This document shows positions 27,501-39,800 of a stretch of DNA of 44,870 nucleotides, piece after piece. The notes under the pieces are model-generated. The model had not been told where the DNA came from, did not search any database, and worked only from the letters and a program-made list of their open reading frames with translations. Position 1 is the stretch's first letter. Every line of letters starts with the position of its first letter. The stretch is from a virus (lineage: Duplodnaviria; Caudoviricetes), in the IMG/VR virus record IMGVR_UViG_3300036982_000460, positions 1 through 44,870 of that record; one strand, given 5' to 3'. A program made the position numbers and the translations under genes.

Positions 27501-27884
27501 CTTGAGGGATTTAGTGATAGGCCAACACAAAGTGGTGCAACTCAAGGAATTAACTGGAGAATAACTACACGACGATATGGCCAAACGTATGCCGAGGGTG
27601 TAGCGTACTACGGTACGAACCGACCACATCAAATAAACGTACATTATTACACTCCGTCAGCTTTGACGTTTACGTGGAAGATTACAAATAACAAAAACGT
27701 ATTTACAAGTGGAACTTATACGACTCAGGCAAGTGAAGATAAATCTGTTGGGTTTAGGCAAATTGCAAATGAAATGCGTGGAACATGGCTTGAGTTAGAT
27801 TTATCTGGAACAAATGCATCGTCTCGACTAGAGATTCATGCACTGTCGGTTATGTCTACTGAAAGTGGAGTAAGGAGAGCGTAA
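24567..27884 (+). CDS. Tail nozzle/stabilisation protein (P22 gp10/T7 gp12-like) with inserted domains
   Basis: Start ATG 24567 (TAATG overlap, AAGGGGTG SD). N-terminal W.GMDT...AQNIENM.IDG..VLRNG, propeller-like motifs IANHKQRLF, LFVSSYGI..MNG, ISLPL and IYVYDTRTTGW. The central insert is jelly-roll-like. Confidence 0.75.
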   Translation: MAIKAMSNQQSFVLGDVTWIGMDTRTQANKLKDGYAQNIENMMIDGNSPVLRNGFRGIMNTFNANPVYELTALKSSSTVSKLIYAKNSKLYASDPSVTPSTETELLDQTTGASFSFPSAGKLVRMTQYGRYIYGVGGTGSSFSTFRTNGTIAASMPTVAGPTSNKPGAVGIVKAIKSYTSGTYADSAARATFGAFASPFDNRVTNPIFASVGANWNVIAGSPTIGTGAQDVELKALPWSGKKGVVSKGADGRTSGYVALIDKPQDYIIQNIISLPTYIQNGSTAKVNGLFKLSFYLMNYDDAKPFNGQYLNVDVRGYSSTSPGAGNIINGAYFSAVADAPPKQTLSDWVLFEYLVDFRGYEDTLQALQIQISNSGWFRESDPGVLIDGVYVYSVLSSPNDNGTTTDIGLAGIKGNQVNTNVRGNFGGFLQQRLIKLAISGTPDLSNDKGLGIRAELHPNVRIAEIPLSLGIQEASGTITWTGQAVYNSQTRFLEFQLFPIPGQNRDAVTAIYIRFDEDIPDIPADSVVVGLGDVVRQGGLTPDNQYKYTYTRWKAAPAAWRATTAYNITAPPGEGIETTASEFSPQIESSVAYSRGRITITDADLRTTSTDYVYDYILLYRRCDTIFTDGMPRLIAMIPINLGAGTTFTNQNAKVFDYAASVPALVNADGVTFDVTWSTNTATYTVYDDVRDTDILYPTNIGRQGMFQHSGRDQLPVGLSTIANHKQRLFLSKDNGLYATWPLNKDNEYGVYTTAIPNVQDPFMAVKGAFMTIGSQDDNEKIVNLLSYSADGIVAAGGDTSAILITFRENSIVPITGFDPTTFQAQQFVREPGAGLLASKGIASLVGQALFVSSYGISVMNGIKIEPISLPLEGVLNPRSSDYGPTGSANYIGAAAYSDIVLISHERRLYAFAPVAGASTSNSNSVIYVYDTRTTGWVKFVLPIFSSVQTYATSAVTCTSTNDVADMYVGASNGQIFRLEGFSDRPTQSGATQGINWRITTRRYGQTYAEGVAYYGTNRPHQINVHYYTPSALTFTWKITNNKNVFTSGTYTTQASEDKSVGFRQIANEMRGTWLELDLSGTNASSRLEIHALSVMSTESGVRRA

Positions 27885-28324
27885 TGCCAATACCGGGTGG
27901 TTTAACTAGCCCCGATAGTCCACCAGCTACTGTTGGTCAAGCACGTGGTCCGGGTAAAAGTGCAGTTCTTACTGGGAACGTGCAAACACGTGGTGCACAA
28001 ATGCCAGCGTACACACCAGCAAACTTTAGTCCATTGCAGTTATCGGCTACTGCCATAGTAGATACTGGACAGCAGATAATTAGTGTAAATGCATCTAGTG
28101 CAGCAGTTATACTTACATTACCTAGTGCATACTATGCGAATGGGCAATTTATCCATATAATCAAAACAGATTCCACCGCAAATCAAGTTTCGGCTGTAGC
28201 AGCATCAGGTGACACACTTGCAAAGCCTACAGCAAAAGCTTGGCCACTTGCACAGTATGAAACTATTACATTGGTATCACAGGTCGATTCAGCCGGTGCT
28301 GGAATTTGGTACGTATTACAGTAG
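27884..28324 (+). CDS. Small tail-associated protein (146 aa)
   Basis: C-terminal beta domain ISVNASSAAVILTLP..NGQFIHIIKTDSTANQV..LAQYETITLVS..WYVL, a pattern common in virion fibre/baseplate proteins. Confidence 0.6.
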   Translation: MPIPGGLTSPDSPPATVGQARGPGKSAVLTGNVQTRGAQMPAYTPANFSPLQLSATAIVDTGQQIISVNASSAAVILTLPSAYYANGQFIHIIKTDSTANQVSAVAASGDTLAKPTAKAWPLAQYETITLVSQVDSAGAGIWYVLQ

Positions 28325-28333
28325 GAGAACATC

Positions 28334-29083
28334 ATGGATCCAATGACAGTAGGTTTGGCTAGTCAGTTCTTAGGAAATATGGCTGGCGGATTATTTAAAA
28401 AGCAAACTAATCCATATCAAGCACAGTTATCGCAACAGCGTATGTTTAATCAAAACATACAAAACCAACAGTATGGTTTGGCGCAAAAGAATCAGGCACA
28501 AGCAGATAAGTTCTCAGGAATGTATTCTCGTGGTTTGCAAAATGAAATGGAAAGCTTAAATAATCCTGATGCTACAAATTCCATGTTGCGTCAGGCTGGT
28601 GCGCAGATGGGTAACATAACGTCCAATGCTGCACAAGCGCAAGGCCGTTATAACTCAATGGGTAATTCCCTAAACATGGGTGGTGGTATTACCAACAATA
28701 TGATGACGGATAACTTTTATAACAATCCTATTTCACAAGCAATGTCACAGGGTGCTGTCCAGTATGCAATGGGTGCTGATGGACGTAGGCAGCAAGCCCT
28801 TGGGTTAGCGGGTACTGGATTTAACACGTATCAGGGAAATGCTACTCAGGGTTACAATACAGCATCTGGTATGGCTAACAATGCATATGGTCAGTTGCAA
28901 GGTGAAGCAAATCAGCAAATGGAAATGGATGCGAACCTACAAAATCAACGTAATCAAATTGCTAGTCAGTTTGGTGCGCTTGGTGGTCAATATGTTAATC
29001 AGCAGAATTCAAATCGTGATTTTGGACTAAGACAGAAGGAAGCCAATTTCCGAATGCGCGATCCAAAGTTTAATACTTCGTAA
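28334..29083 (+). CDS. Putative small ejection (DNA transfer) protein
   Basis: MDPMTVGLASQFLGNMAGGLF N-terminus and Q/N/G/A-rich body. It is the first of three genes of increasing size after the nozzle, as in P22 gp7/gp20/gp16. Confidence 0.65.
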   Translation: MDPMTVGLASQFLGNMAGGLFKKQTNPYQAQLSQQRMFNQNIQNQQYGLAQKNQAQADKFSGMYSRGLQNEMESLNNPDATNSMLRQAGAQMGNITSNAAQAQGRYNSMGNSLNMGGGITNNMMTDNFYNNPISQAMSQGAVQYAMGADGRRQQALGLAGTGFNTYQGNATQGYNTASGMANNAYGQLQGEANQQMEMDANLQNQRNQIASQFGALGGQYVNQQNSNRDFGLRQKEANFRMRDPKFNTS

Positions 29084-29092
29084 GGAATTATC

Positions 29093-30826
29093 ATGGCATT
29101 AAAAGTAAGTCAAGGGTCAGCATCTGCACTATTAGGTTTTTTGCAAAGTCTTCAACAGGGTCAAGATCAACGTAATCAACAGCGTGAAGGATTTCTTCAA
29201 CAAAAACAACAGCAGTTTGATTCTGATCGTGCTTTTAAATTACAAGCCGATCAATTTGGTATAGAAAAAGATCGTGCTGAACGGGCTAAAATTAAAGAAG
29301 ATTTAGCAAGTCCTTTAGATGCATTGGCTCGTGCGCAAGCACTAGCTCAACCCAATGTTGGTGCACAGCAAACTTATAATGCTGCTGTTGCAAAATCAGG
29401 TGAACTTAAAGCAGCAGCAGGTGCAAAACGTTTAGCTGCTGCACAAACACGTAACCCACAACAACAAGCAACCTTATTGCAAGATGCCGCAATACTAGAA
29501 GCAAATGCAGCATCTATTTTGTCAGGTGAACGTAACGCAATTGGTTTGATGGCCGGTGTAACAATTAAACCTTGGGAAACTCAAGCACCTGCTGCCGTTG
29601 GTATGGGTGGATCGGCTACGGGTGGTATGGCTGCACCTGCTCCCGCTAGTCCAGTTACGGGGGGTGCGGCTGCTCCTGCAGCAGGTACGACTTCTGCTAC
29701 TGGAGCTGTCGATCCATTTGCTGGTCTTATGCAACAAAAACCACAAGATAGAAACCAACTACCATTAACTGCAGCAGAGATGGAATTACTCGGTAAGACT
29801 GCTTCTGGATTTAATCTTGGCGGACAACTTGGTTTAGATTATTTTGCACGACCAACTTTAGGATTTGAACAAACACCATCGGGTGCTAAAGGTCAATTTT
29901 ACGGTCGCAAATCATTTATTAAACAACCTGCGTCTTATGACCCAGATTACAATAAATTCATTGCTGATAAATCACAGTCGTTTGTTGAGATGTTAAATGA
30001 GGTTGGTTACGCAGCAGATCAAAACTACATTCCTCGTGAACAAGCATTTGAATCTATTTTAGGTAAAGATAAAACCCTTTGGCCTGTAGTTAAAAATGAA
30101 TCAGGCGAATACGTTCCTAAACAAAATTGGTGGAGTGGGCTAAGTTCTGATCAGAAAACGCGATTCACATCCCGTGTTTCTAAGTTTATTACTCCATCAG
30201 AGTCTATGTCTGCCAATGCAAAAGACATGCGATCAAGTGTCACTGAAGCGTTAACGTCACAGATTGCACAGAATGATGCTGAACGCAAACGTCGCTGGGA
30301 ATTGTACGACAATGCAGTTGAGTTGCAAAACAAAAAAGACGTTGCACAAATTAGTAATGTAAACAATAAAGACCCACAAGCAGCTGCTGTTTTAGAAACC
30401 TATCGAACTGATAAAAATAATGCTTATGAATCTGCTAAGGGGGCATTAGATACATATAAACAATTAGGAAATTCTGGAACTGGTAAAAAAGAAATGGCAG
30501 CAGAACTGCTTGGTATAGAAGCAACAACGCTGGAGAATATAGAACTTTCCGATGTTGCAAGTTTATATGCAAGTGCTGAGCGAATCGGACGTGTCAAATT
30601 AAATGGTGTAACTAATGTACGTAATCCAGATTTGGGCATACAAATGGGTCAACAGACACAACGATATGGGATAGTTGCACAAAATGCATTGATGGAAGCA
30701 GCAACAAAAAAGATTGCAGAAATAGAAGGAAGACCAGCTGCTACAACCCCTCTTCAAGCAAAGAAAAAAGCGACGATTGATTGGATTAAAAATCGCGCAG
30801 GTATTTCTACAGTGCAAGCTCCGTGA
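29093..30826 (+). CDS. Putative middle ejection protein (577 aa)
   Basis: ALLGFLQSLQQG followed by a Q/E/R coiled coil. Position fits. Confidence 0.6.
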   Translation: MALKVSQGSASALLGFLQSLQQGQDQRNQQREGFLQQKQQQFDSDRAFKLQADQFGIEKDRAERAKIKEDLASPLDALARAQALAQPNVGAQQTYNAAVAKSGELKAAAGAKRLAAAQTRNPQQQATLLQDAAILEANAASILSGERNAIGLMAGVTIKPWETQAPAAVGMGGSATGGMAAPAPASPVTGGAAAPAAGTTSATGAVDPFAGLMQQKPQDRNQLPLTAAEMELLGKTASGFNLGGQLGLDYFARPTLGFEQTPSGAKGQFYGRKSFIKQPASYDPDYNKFIADKSQSFVEMLNEVGYAADQNYIPREQAFESILGKDKTLWPVVKNESGEYVPKQNWWSGLSSDQKTRFTSRVSKFITPSESMSANAKDMRSSVTEALTSQIAQNDAERKRRWELYDNAVELQNKKDVAQISNVNNKDPQAAAVLETYRTDKNNAYESAKGALDTYKQLGNSGTGKKEMAAELLGIEATTLENIELSDVASLYASAERIGRVKLNGVTNVRNPDLGIQMGQQTQRYGIVAQNALMEAATKKIAEIEGRPAATTPLQAKKKATIDWIKNRAGISTVQAP

Positions 30827-30867
30827 GTTCGTTAGAAATAAGTTAGTACATAGGTAATAATATAAAT

Positions 30868-33800
30868 ATGAATAAGCCAAAGCAACCGCAGACATATGCA
30901 CCGGGTTATGCAAAACAACAGCAGATTATTGCTGCTGAAAAGGCTAAGGCTAAAGCACAACGAAGAAAACCCGGTGAACGCAGTTACTTTGAGCAAGCTG
31001 TAGATTACGGTGAAAAAGCACCACCTTCAAAAGAAGAGAAGGAATTTTTTTCTACTCAAAAAACATTTAGAGAAAACATCCTTAAGCCAGCAACACGTAA
31101 CTTACAAAATGGCAACTGGAAGCAAAATGGCATTAATAGTGACATTGAAAATGAAATAGATCGAGCACAAAAAGCTGGGTACATTACATTAGAGGAAAAG
31201 CGTAAATATACTTCTCTGGCATCTGAGAAGTTAATTGAAGCACGGCGTTCCAAATGGGTTACTGGCACTGCTATAACTAGTGGAACTAAACACGTTACTG
31301 GTCGTAATTTTGATCCCGATAAAAATAATATACAGAATTTAAAGATAGATAAAGGCAAACAGTATAAACGTTCATTGTTAGCTGAACAGGCTAGACTTGC
31401 GTTACCGTTACAAGAAGCTGGTGCCATGGCAAGTGCTGGTGCCGGTACTATTGCCGGTATTGGGCTTGGTGCTGCTAAAACAGTTGCTAATATTGGTAGG
31501 CTGGCAACTGACAGTGAGTCTCTAAATGATTTGTACAATTATTTAGATAATGGTGAAAAGAAATATCAGCAAGGAGTTGCTGATGGTGCAAACGAAAATC
31601 TATTCCTTGAATCAATGTATGGTTCATCTGGCGAGATTGAAAAGGTTGCAACTTCACCTGCTGTAGTTGGTGGTGAATTAGGACGTCGCACTATTGGTCG
31701 TGGCGTAGGAATGCTTACGGGTTTAAACGAAAAACAACAAGATACAGCATACGCAAATTTAGGTATTGGTGATTGGTACGCTGAACGAACTGGTGATCCA
31801 GATAACTTATTACGTCAAGCTAGTGCTTTATCCGGTGGAGTTATTGCGTCTACTGTTCCCGGATTTGGATTAGATCTAGTTACCATGAAGATGGCTGGCA
31901 CTGCTTTTGCGGCTGCTACTAGGCCAGTTGTTAAGACGATGATTCAATCGCAAATGGCACGTACTGCAGGATCTATGGCCCCTATGGCCGTTGGCGCTGT
32001 GGCTACTGCTGGTATTCCGGGTCAAGTTACACGGGCTTTTGGTGGAAGCGCACAACAGGGAGAACGAGCTAATCAAGTAACGCAATTTGCTGGTCGCCCA
32101 TTAGCTGCTGCTGTTGAGGCAATTCCGGTTGAATTACAAACTACCGATGGCGGTGTTATTGATGCACGTCTTATGCAGGAAGAACGAGCTGCACGAGTTG
32201 ATCCCGGTGGTGTATCGCAAACTGCTGCTACTGTAGGTCTATTTGGTTCCGGTATTGGCTCATTCTATAAAGATGCACGGCAACTATTTAAGGTTAACCG
32301 TTTGCTTGCAAAGGCTAATGCTACTCAGTATCAAGGTCGTTTTTTAAATGCCGGTGATAGGTTATTGCGAGAAAAAACTGAGTTAATTGGTAGCGTTGGA
32401 CCTGATGCAGCATTTGGCCTTAATAATGCATTTGAGCCTATAGCTCAGACGTATCGTTCTATTACGGATCAATCAAAAACAGCCACTGGCGAGAAGATGT
32501 ACAACCCGCCTACGCTATCTGATATTGGACGTGCAGCACTTCTTACATTTACAGCGGTACGACCGCATGGCAAATTAGGATCATTTATTACTCCAGCATT
32601 GCGCGGTAAAGTTTTAGGTCAGGGTTCTGATATTAAAACTGAAGCGATGTTTGTGGCGCGTGACTGGGTTGAATCTGGTGGATGGAGAAGTGATGCAGTT
32701 CAGCAACGATTTAAGGCCCTGACAGGAAAAGATGCTCACACAGATGATGTTAAGCGTGTTGTTAGTGCATCGTATGAATTAATTGCGAATGAAGCACGGC
32801 AAGCAGTTGCCCGTGGTGAAGTTTTACCTACACATGCTGCTGAAATATTTTTCAATAAGTTAATTAATGGACGTGCACGTGAAGACATGGCTTCACAGCA
32901 ACAATTTAATGACTTAGTAAAATCTATGCGAGTCAAAGGAGATAATGCTCCTTTATCAGATGGCAATCCTTTATTAACGCAACGCATTAATGAGAATATT
33001 TTTATTGTAGACCCAAAGGCAAAGGCTCGTGCAATTTCTGAATTGACGCCTCAAGTTGAAAAGCAAATGCTTGCTGGTATGAAAGCACAGCAAGAGGCAA
33101 GCCAGCCTAAGCCTACAACTACGCCTCCAGTTGTAGGTGAAACTACATCTAGATCGCAAGTTGCACCACGTAGTGAACAGCAGAAGTTCTTTGGGGTAAG
33201 GATTGAAGATACTGAGGATGGTGTTCCTCAGTACATGGTATTCAATCCACATAAAGGACCTAATGGGTATACATTTAGATCATCAGAAATTGTCCGTGGT
33301 GATGAAGATGTATCCGATTTAATTATGTTGGATCAGGCTACAGTAAACAGAAATTCTGCATACTACACAGCCGAGCAATTAACTAAAGCTGTTGCTACAC
33401 GATTTGATTTATTTAATCCGTTCAATTCTAAAAACAAATGGTCAACAGAAGGAAAAACTAAAACCATTTCTGGATTTCATCCAGATGGAACTATTATTGT
33501 CAAATCTAGGACTAATGATGGAAACGTACGTGTAGAACGAATGGGTTCCCTTGATCTTGTAAAAGAATTAAGTGTGAACAATATTCGATTACTAGATAAA
33601 TTACGACCAGTTTTAAATATATTAAATACACGCAGCAAATCTGAAGCCGGTACAGAAATGCTTGATTATGCTGATGCATCTGATTTTCCAGATAAAGTCC
33701 CATACACGTCTGAAGACGGAGCAGTTAAGTTTGTAAATGGACGATTAATTCGTACATCTGGTGGCGTATCACCAATGGGCATATATCAGTTAGCTGATGG

Positions 33801-36800
33801 CACTGTTTATATGCAACCGCTTACTGGTGACGCATCAAGCGCGACAGTTAAACCACCGTTGGGTGCTAGGGAATTAGAACAGTCTCCTGACACACTTAAT
33901 GCACAAACGATTAAAGATGCACAAACTGCTGTTGCATCTCGCATTGGCTATATTCGCATGGACATCCATGACATCGGAATGCCAACACGTGTTCCTGTAT
34001 CTTTCGACGTACTAGATCTCATTGAGTCCGTATTAGAAGGCAATGGATCATTGAGCGAGAAAGCCCAAACTGTTCGTGGCATCATTGGTGAAGATTACGC
34101 ATTAAGTGTTGCTGGTACACGTATGGGTATGCGTATGGATGCAGACACAAATGACTTAGTTCATGACGTCGATGTACAGGTAGGTGATTTGGTTTCAGGT
34201 GCATTTACAACTGAATCTGATTTAGAGTCTGCCATCGTCATTAAGAGCGCAAACAATTTAGTCACAGTGCGATTGTTGTCTGACCCAACCGGTGATGCAT
34301 ATACCGTTCCTGTAGATCAAGTAATAGTAGATGTGCAACAAAACAAAAATGAAATGTTGGCACGTTTAAATAATTTCCGACCATCAGATGACGTTCCATA
34401 TCATAGGCCTTGGACTCGAACTCTTACTGATGAAGAAGAATTTAATACTTTCATGGCATTAAAAGCTTCTAAAAATCAACGCACACGAATTGAAAATGCA
34501 AGCCCAGAAGAACTTCCAGACATTTTATTAGATGTAATGCGTTCCGGTAATGCTTTCAGTGGTGACGTTAAATTAGGTTTGATTTCTTGGGCGGCATCTA
34601 ATCAAAATGTTGAAGCTGTATTAGATGCAGTTGTAGGTGTATTTGACGATGCTGTTAAACCCGGAACTGCAATCTATAACTATTTAGTAAGGGTGTCTGA
34701 CCTATATGGTGATCATGGATTCGTAGAGCAACTTTATTACCTTGACGGATTAATGTCACTTGGTAAATCTGGAGCATTGCTTAGCGCTCATTCTATACAG
34801 TCTAAATCAACAGCGCATGCGATTGCTCGCCGTATGAACATACTTGCCTATAGGAGTAACTCATTACGTACCCCTGAAGCGTTATATACACAAGCTGTTA
34901 AGTCTTTGAATATCATTGACTCTGATTCAACTAAGCGCGACGCATTAAATTATGCTTACCTGCTGCGTGGTATTGCACCTCACGCTGCATATCATGCAGA
35001 AAACATGTGGCAGATGAAAACTCTTTCTGGAGCTTCTCCAGAAATGCAAGTCTTTTTAGGTCGCGCCATCGCTGTAACTAATGAATCAACCGCTAGGTCT
35101 GATATAGAGTCTGCTGGATTTAGTCCAGTATTAACTAGGTTCTGGACTAGTGAGCGAATGTATGTTGAATCACTAAAATCCATTCAGCAAAAAATATCTA
35201 AATCTGATGATCCGTTGTCTGTAAAAGAAGCATTATCTGAATTAGGTTTAGAGTTCTTATGGTACGCAGCAACTGAACAACGCAGTAAGAATTTAGTTAA
35301 GTCTTTAAATACTGACGCTGAGAAGTACAAAGAGTGGCAACGTAAATTAAATACCTATGTAACAAATACGGCAATCCCAACGATTATATTACGTGCAATT
35401 GAATCAGATATTACATCTGGTGATTTTATGGGATACGTTGATGAAAATACAGTTCATCAAACTAATCAGGTTTCGTTTATACAAGTAATTGCAAAGTTCG
35501 GTGAAGACATTGCGCGTAGTGTAGCGCAATCCGAAGTACTTGACGAAACAGCAAAAGCTGATTTACTGACTGCTCTAAATGATTTACGTGGTCAAATTCA
35601 AGACATTAGTCCAGAAATGTTATCTAGGATTGCATCCTATAGGCCATCCAATATAACTGGTAATGCAGAATACACACTTACATCTGATGGATCAGCCAAC
35701 AACATTTCATTAATCGACTACCAACAAACTGTAGATCGCGCTGTGCAAACTGTAATTGATCAAGCATTAACATCATCTGAAGCCGATCAAATTGGACGTG
35801 ATTTAAAGACGCGTGAATCAGATGTAAGTGTGTATTCTGAATTACCAGTTATGTTAGATGGACTATTGGATACATATGACGTTAATGAATTAACTCGTCG
35901 TTCTGCTTACGAAAAGCTACAAAGTAATTTCGCAGTAACGCAACTTGCTACTGCACTTGGTCATTTTAAGTTTGACACTGTTGAAGATTTGCAAACACAC
36001 ATCGCTCGCTGGGATGATTATTACGGAGTAAATCAATTACGGAGTGAATTAAAAAGTGCAATCAGGTCCAGTAATACTGCAGAAATCAATCGATTAAAGG
36101 GAGAGTTAAATGATGCCAAAGTGCAATCATTTGCTTCTGCATTTAAATCTTTTGATCGTGTGTTAAATGTTGTTGGTGATTTAATTGATCGATATGAAGG
36201 CGTGTTAGGAATTGATGCTGCTCCGTTAGAGTTAGTTTATAATCCATTGCGTATCGCATATGAAGAAATGCGTGGCGATTATTATGATGAAGGTCGAAAC
36301 GTTGTAACGTCTACATCAGGAACCGTTGATTTCACTAGTAGTGGTGGAGTTAACCGTGTTATTTCAAATCCAACTGATGCTGACGGAACCGGCGAAGCAA
36401 CAACATCGGACACACAATTATCTGATTTAGATCCAAAAGAACTCAAAGAATATGAAAAGAAAATTAAATCAGAAAAGGAAGCTGCTTTAAAGAAAGCTAT
36501 TAATGAAGGGCAGTCTCAGCAGTATCAAGATGGACTTGCTACGTATTATAATAACCTTTTAACTAGGATTAGCGGAGATACTCTTGCTACTAAATCAACA
36601 GCTTTAAACACGTATGCTGTATTCATTAAGGTATTAAGGGAATTTAATGATTACGTTGGACCTAATTTAGTAGACGTAATTGATTTATCTAACGGAGATA
36701 ATTTAGCAGATAAATTAACAATTCTTTCAAGTATGTCTGCTGACATGCTTGGATTAATATCAAAAGACATCTTTGTTGGCCCACGTCTTATAACTCAAAT

Positions 36801-39800
36801 CAAAAATGGAGTATTAGACGAAGTTGCAAGGCAATATGATCGACAGCGAAGTATTAGTGATGATGTCGTTGCAATGCGTAATGCTAGTGCACCTATTGAG
36901 ATTACTGAAAATATTGAAGACGGTGTAATCACATTATCTGGTCTTACAATGAAGGCTTTAAATGGTAGAGCCGCAACGTCAGAATTGCTTAGATCTATTG
37001 ATGATTTAAACCACGATACATTATCAAATGATCCAGCATTAAACGATGCTGACTTAATGTTTAATCTTGATGCAGCTGACGCTGATATAAGAACACTGTT
37101 AGACCCAGAGCCAGTTATTGATGTGCAATCATTAGAGAGCCAACTAATTGATGATGAAGCATTTGACGGCATGGTTACATCAACTATCCCAAAAAGCGAA
37201 CGTGTAAAACTATATGCGTTACATGCACGTAATTTTGCTGGTATGCGGACGCTGATTGAATCGTTGTTATTACGTCAGTTTGACTTTGAGTCAACCGATC
37301 AATCTTTACTTGACTTAGGTGAGTCGGTAAATACGCAACGTAGTTATATGTCTACAGGCTCCGTTTCTCCTGAAAGATCTGGCAAGTTAGGAGAACAGGT
37401 ATTTAATCTAAATCCGTTTTTAATTCGTACTGCTCAAACAACTTGGAAAACTCGACTAACGGAATCTACGGCTAAATTAATTAAGGATTTAAATTTATCA
37501 GGTAGAGACAAAAAAGTTTTTGATGCAATCATTCCTGAGTTAGTCACAATACTTGACAATGCAGATGCATACAGTGACGTCAATACTATGATTGCGGACA
37601 TATCAAATACTGTCGCTCGTATTGTTGACAAGGCACGAATAGATACAGGTTTAAGGCAGCAGATCATTGCTGCATATTCTGATACGTCAGTGCTTGATAC
37701 TTTTAACCATAAGGATATCTATGGAACAACATACTCTCACGGTGAAGGTTATCTAGATATTCCATTTCAAATTGGATCTGCTATTGATGCTTTATCTGGA
37801 AATATTAATACTGAATTCTATGTTTCATATCTTCACCCTAGAACATCACCATCTATTTTGTCTGAGCCAACAGTTGATGGGTTGGCGCAATTATCTTCAG
37901 CAACTGCTGAACAATTATATAAGTTGTACAACAAACTGGATATGACAAAATACAATCAGTCTACTAAAGAGACTATTGATCGTATTAAAAACACATACTT
38001 ACAGCGTAGTCAATACGTAGAACAGGCTAGAAAAGTAGAACGTGACATGTCTTTTGTTCGAGCAGCAAAAGATTTATCTACTGGCTTAGCTCGTGCATAC
38101 GATAACTTTGCGTATGGTTACGGCAAGCAGCAATATGCCATGTTGATTACTTCATCGTTACCTGAGCACAGAGCTATTATGGTCGATGCAATGGTTAAGG
38201 TGGGAGTAAACACTCGTGTAGTTGATTACTTTAAGCGTACATCAGGTTCATTTGAGTCTGTAGTTAATGATATTGCATCTAACAAACAGATTAGTCGTGG
38301 TGAAGCTGCTCGTGAATTATTGTCTAATGAAGAACAAACAGCAATCGCAACTTATTTAATAGCAAAGGGACGTGTTAATTACTATTTGCATGCTGGCAAG
38401 TTAATGATGACGTCTAGTGATTTGATGGCGTCATCTCAATCACAAATGATTACTGCTAAAAATGGAAAATTAATACATGGCGCATTCTTAGCAACTCAAC
38501 GATTAATGATGCTAAGTTCTGATGCAAATGGACCGCGCACTGCAGACACACTGTTTCATGAAATGACGCATGGACTATTTACTGCCCTTGACGATAATTC
38601 ACAAGTGCGCTTTTTAAAATCTCTTGTTCCTGATTTTAGTGATGTTGCAGATGAGACTGTCAAATCTAATCCTTTATATCCAGTTGTACTTCAATTAAAA
38701 GCAATTGATTTGTACGCTGAGAATAATCCGGGGCGGACAGGGATACGACTTCAAGAAATGTGGCGTGATCCATCTGTTGTGGAGTTTTGGCAAAAGCAAG
38801 GAATGTCAGAAAATCGTATATCAGTTATGCAAAACGACTGGTATAACTCTGGCCACGAACTATTTGCTACTGCATTACAAAACTTTATGGCTGACTTTAG
38901 TGAGCCGACATCTTTAAATGCATCTTCAGCTATGGATGCAGACGCTGCTGCTATATTTCAGCAAGTCGCAGGTCCTATTCGTAGTATGTGGCATCAGTTA
39001 TCACGAGCTAATCAACCAGATATTGTTTTGCGTAATGGTAAACCGTATAGATCATGGGCCTCAAACGTACCTGTTTCAACATATAAAACAGGAAACAGAC
39101 GAGAAATCTCTTATCCGCAAGTAAGGCAAGGGGATTATTTCAGGCAGTTGGTTCCTAATGAAACTCGCCTTATAACATCACAACATGACATTTTTGGTTT
39201 ACCTGATTTACTGTCAATGTGGTCTGGTACTGGGTTGTCAACGTCTAGTAACACTCACAAATTTGGTTATCAGTCAAACGCAACATTTAAAATTGATGGA
39301 AAAGTAGTTACTCATAAAGTAACTGCACCAATTGATAGTGAAAAAGCTTTATCTGACATTACGTCTAGGTTAGCTGAAGGTCGTAATGTAGCATATTACG
39401 TTAACCCATTGGGTGGAGATAAAACTCAATTAAGTGAAAACAGAAGTGCTTGGGGTCAACGGTTTAATGGCCGCATTGTAGATCAATTAGTATTTAAAAC
39501 TGCTGGAACAGATACTCAACAAACTGTTTTTGCTTATCAGATTGGTGGACGTACGTTTTCATTTTCAAGTATGGTTGATAATGATGGAGTACATGACAGT
39601 GGCTTCTTTAAAACTAGAATGGAAAAAGACATTGGTTATACTACTGTCCCTGACGTTGATAGTTATTTTGTAATTGAATCACCGGTTGAACTTACGGTTT
39701 ATGAACCTAACGTCAAAGGTACATCACGTAGTTACTATACTAATGCTAGATGGATTGTGTCATCAAAAGCAATGACAGATAGCACTTATACACCACAGTT

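Noticed and set aside
29108-29161. SQGSASALLGFLQSLQQG in the 577-aa protein resembles the tag
   Set aside because: It is N-terminal, lacks G12 and the QGKR end, and such helices are generic at the start of ejection proteins.
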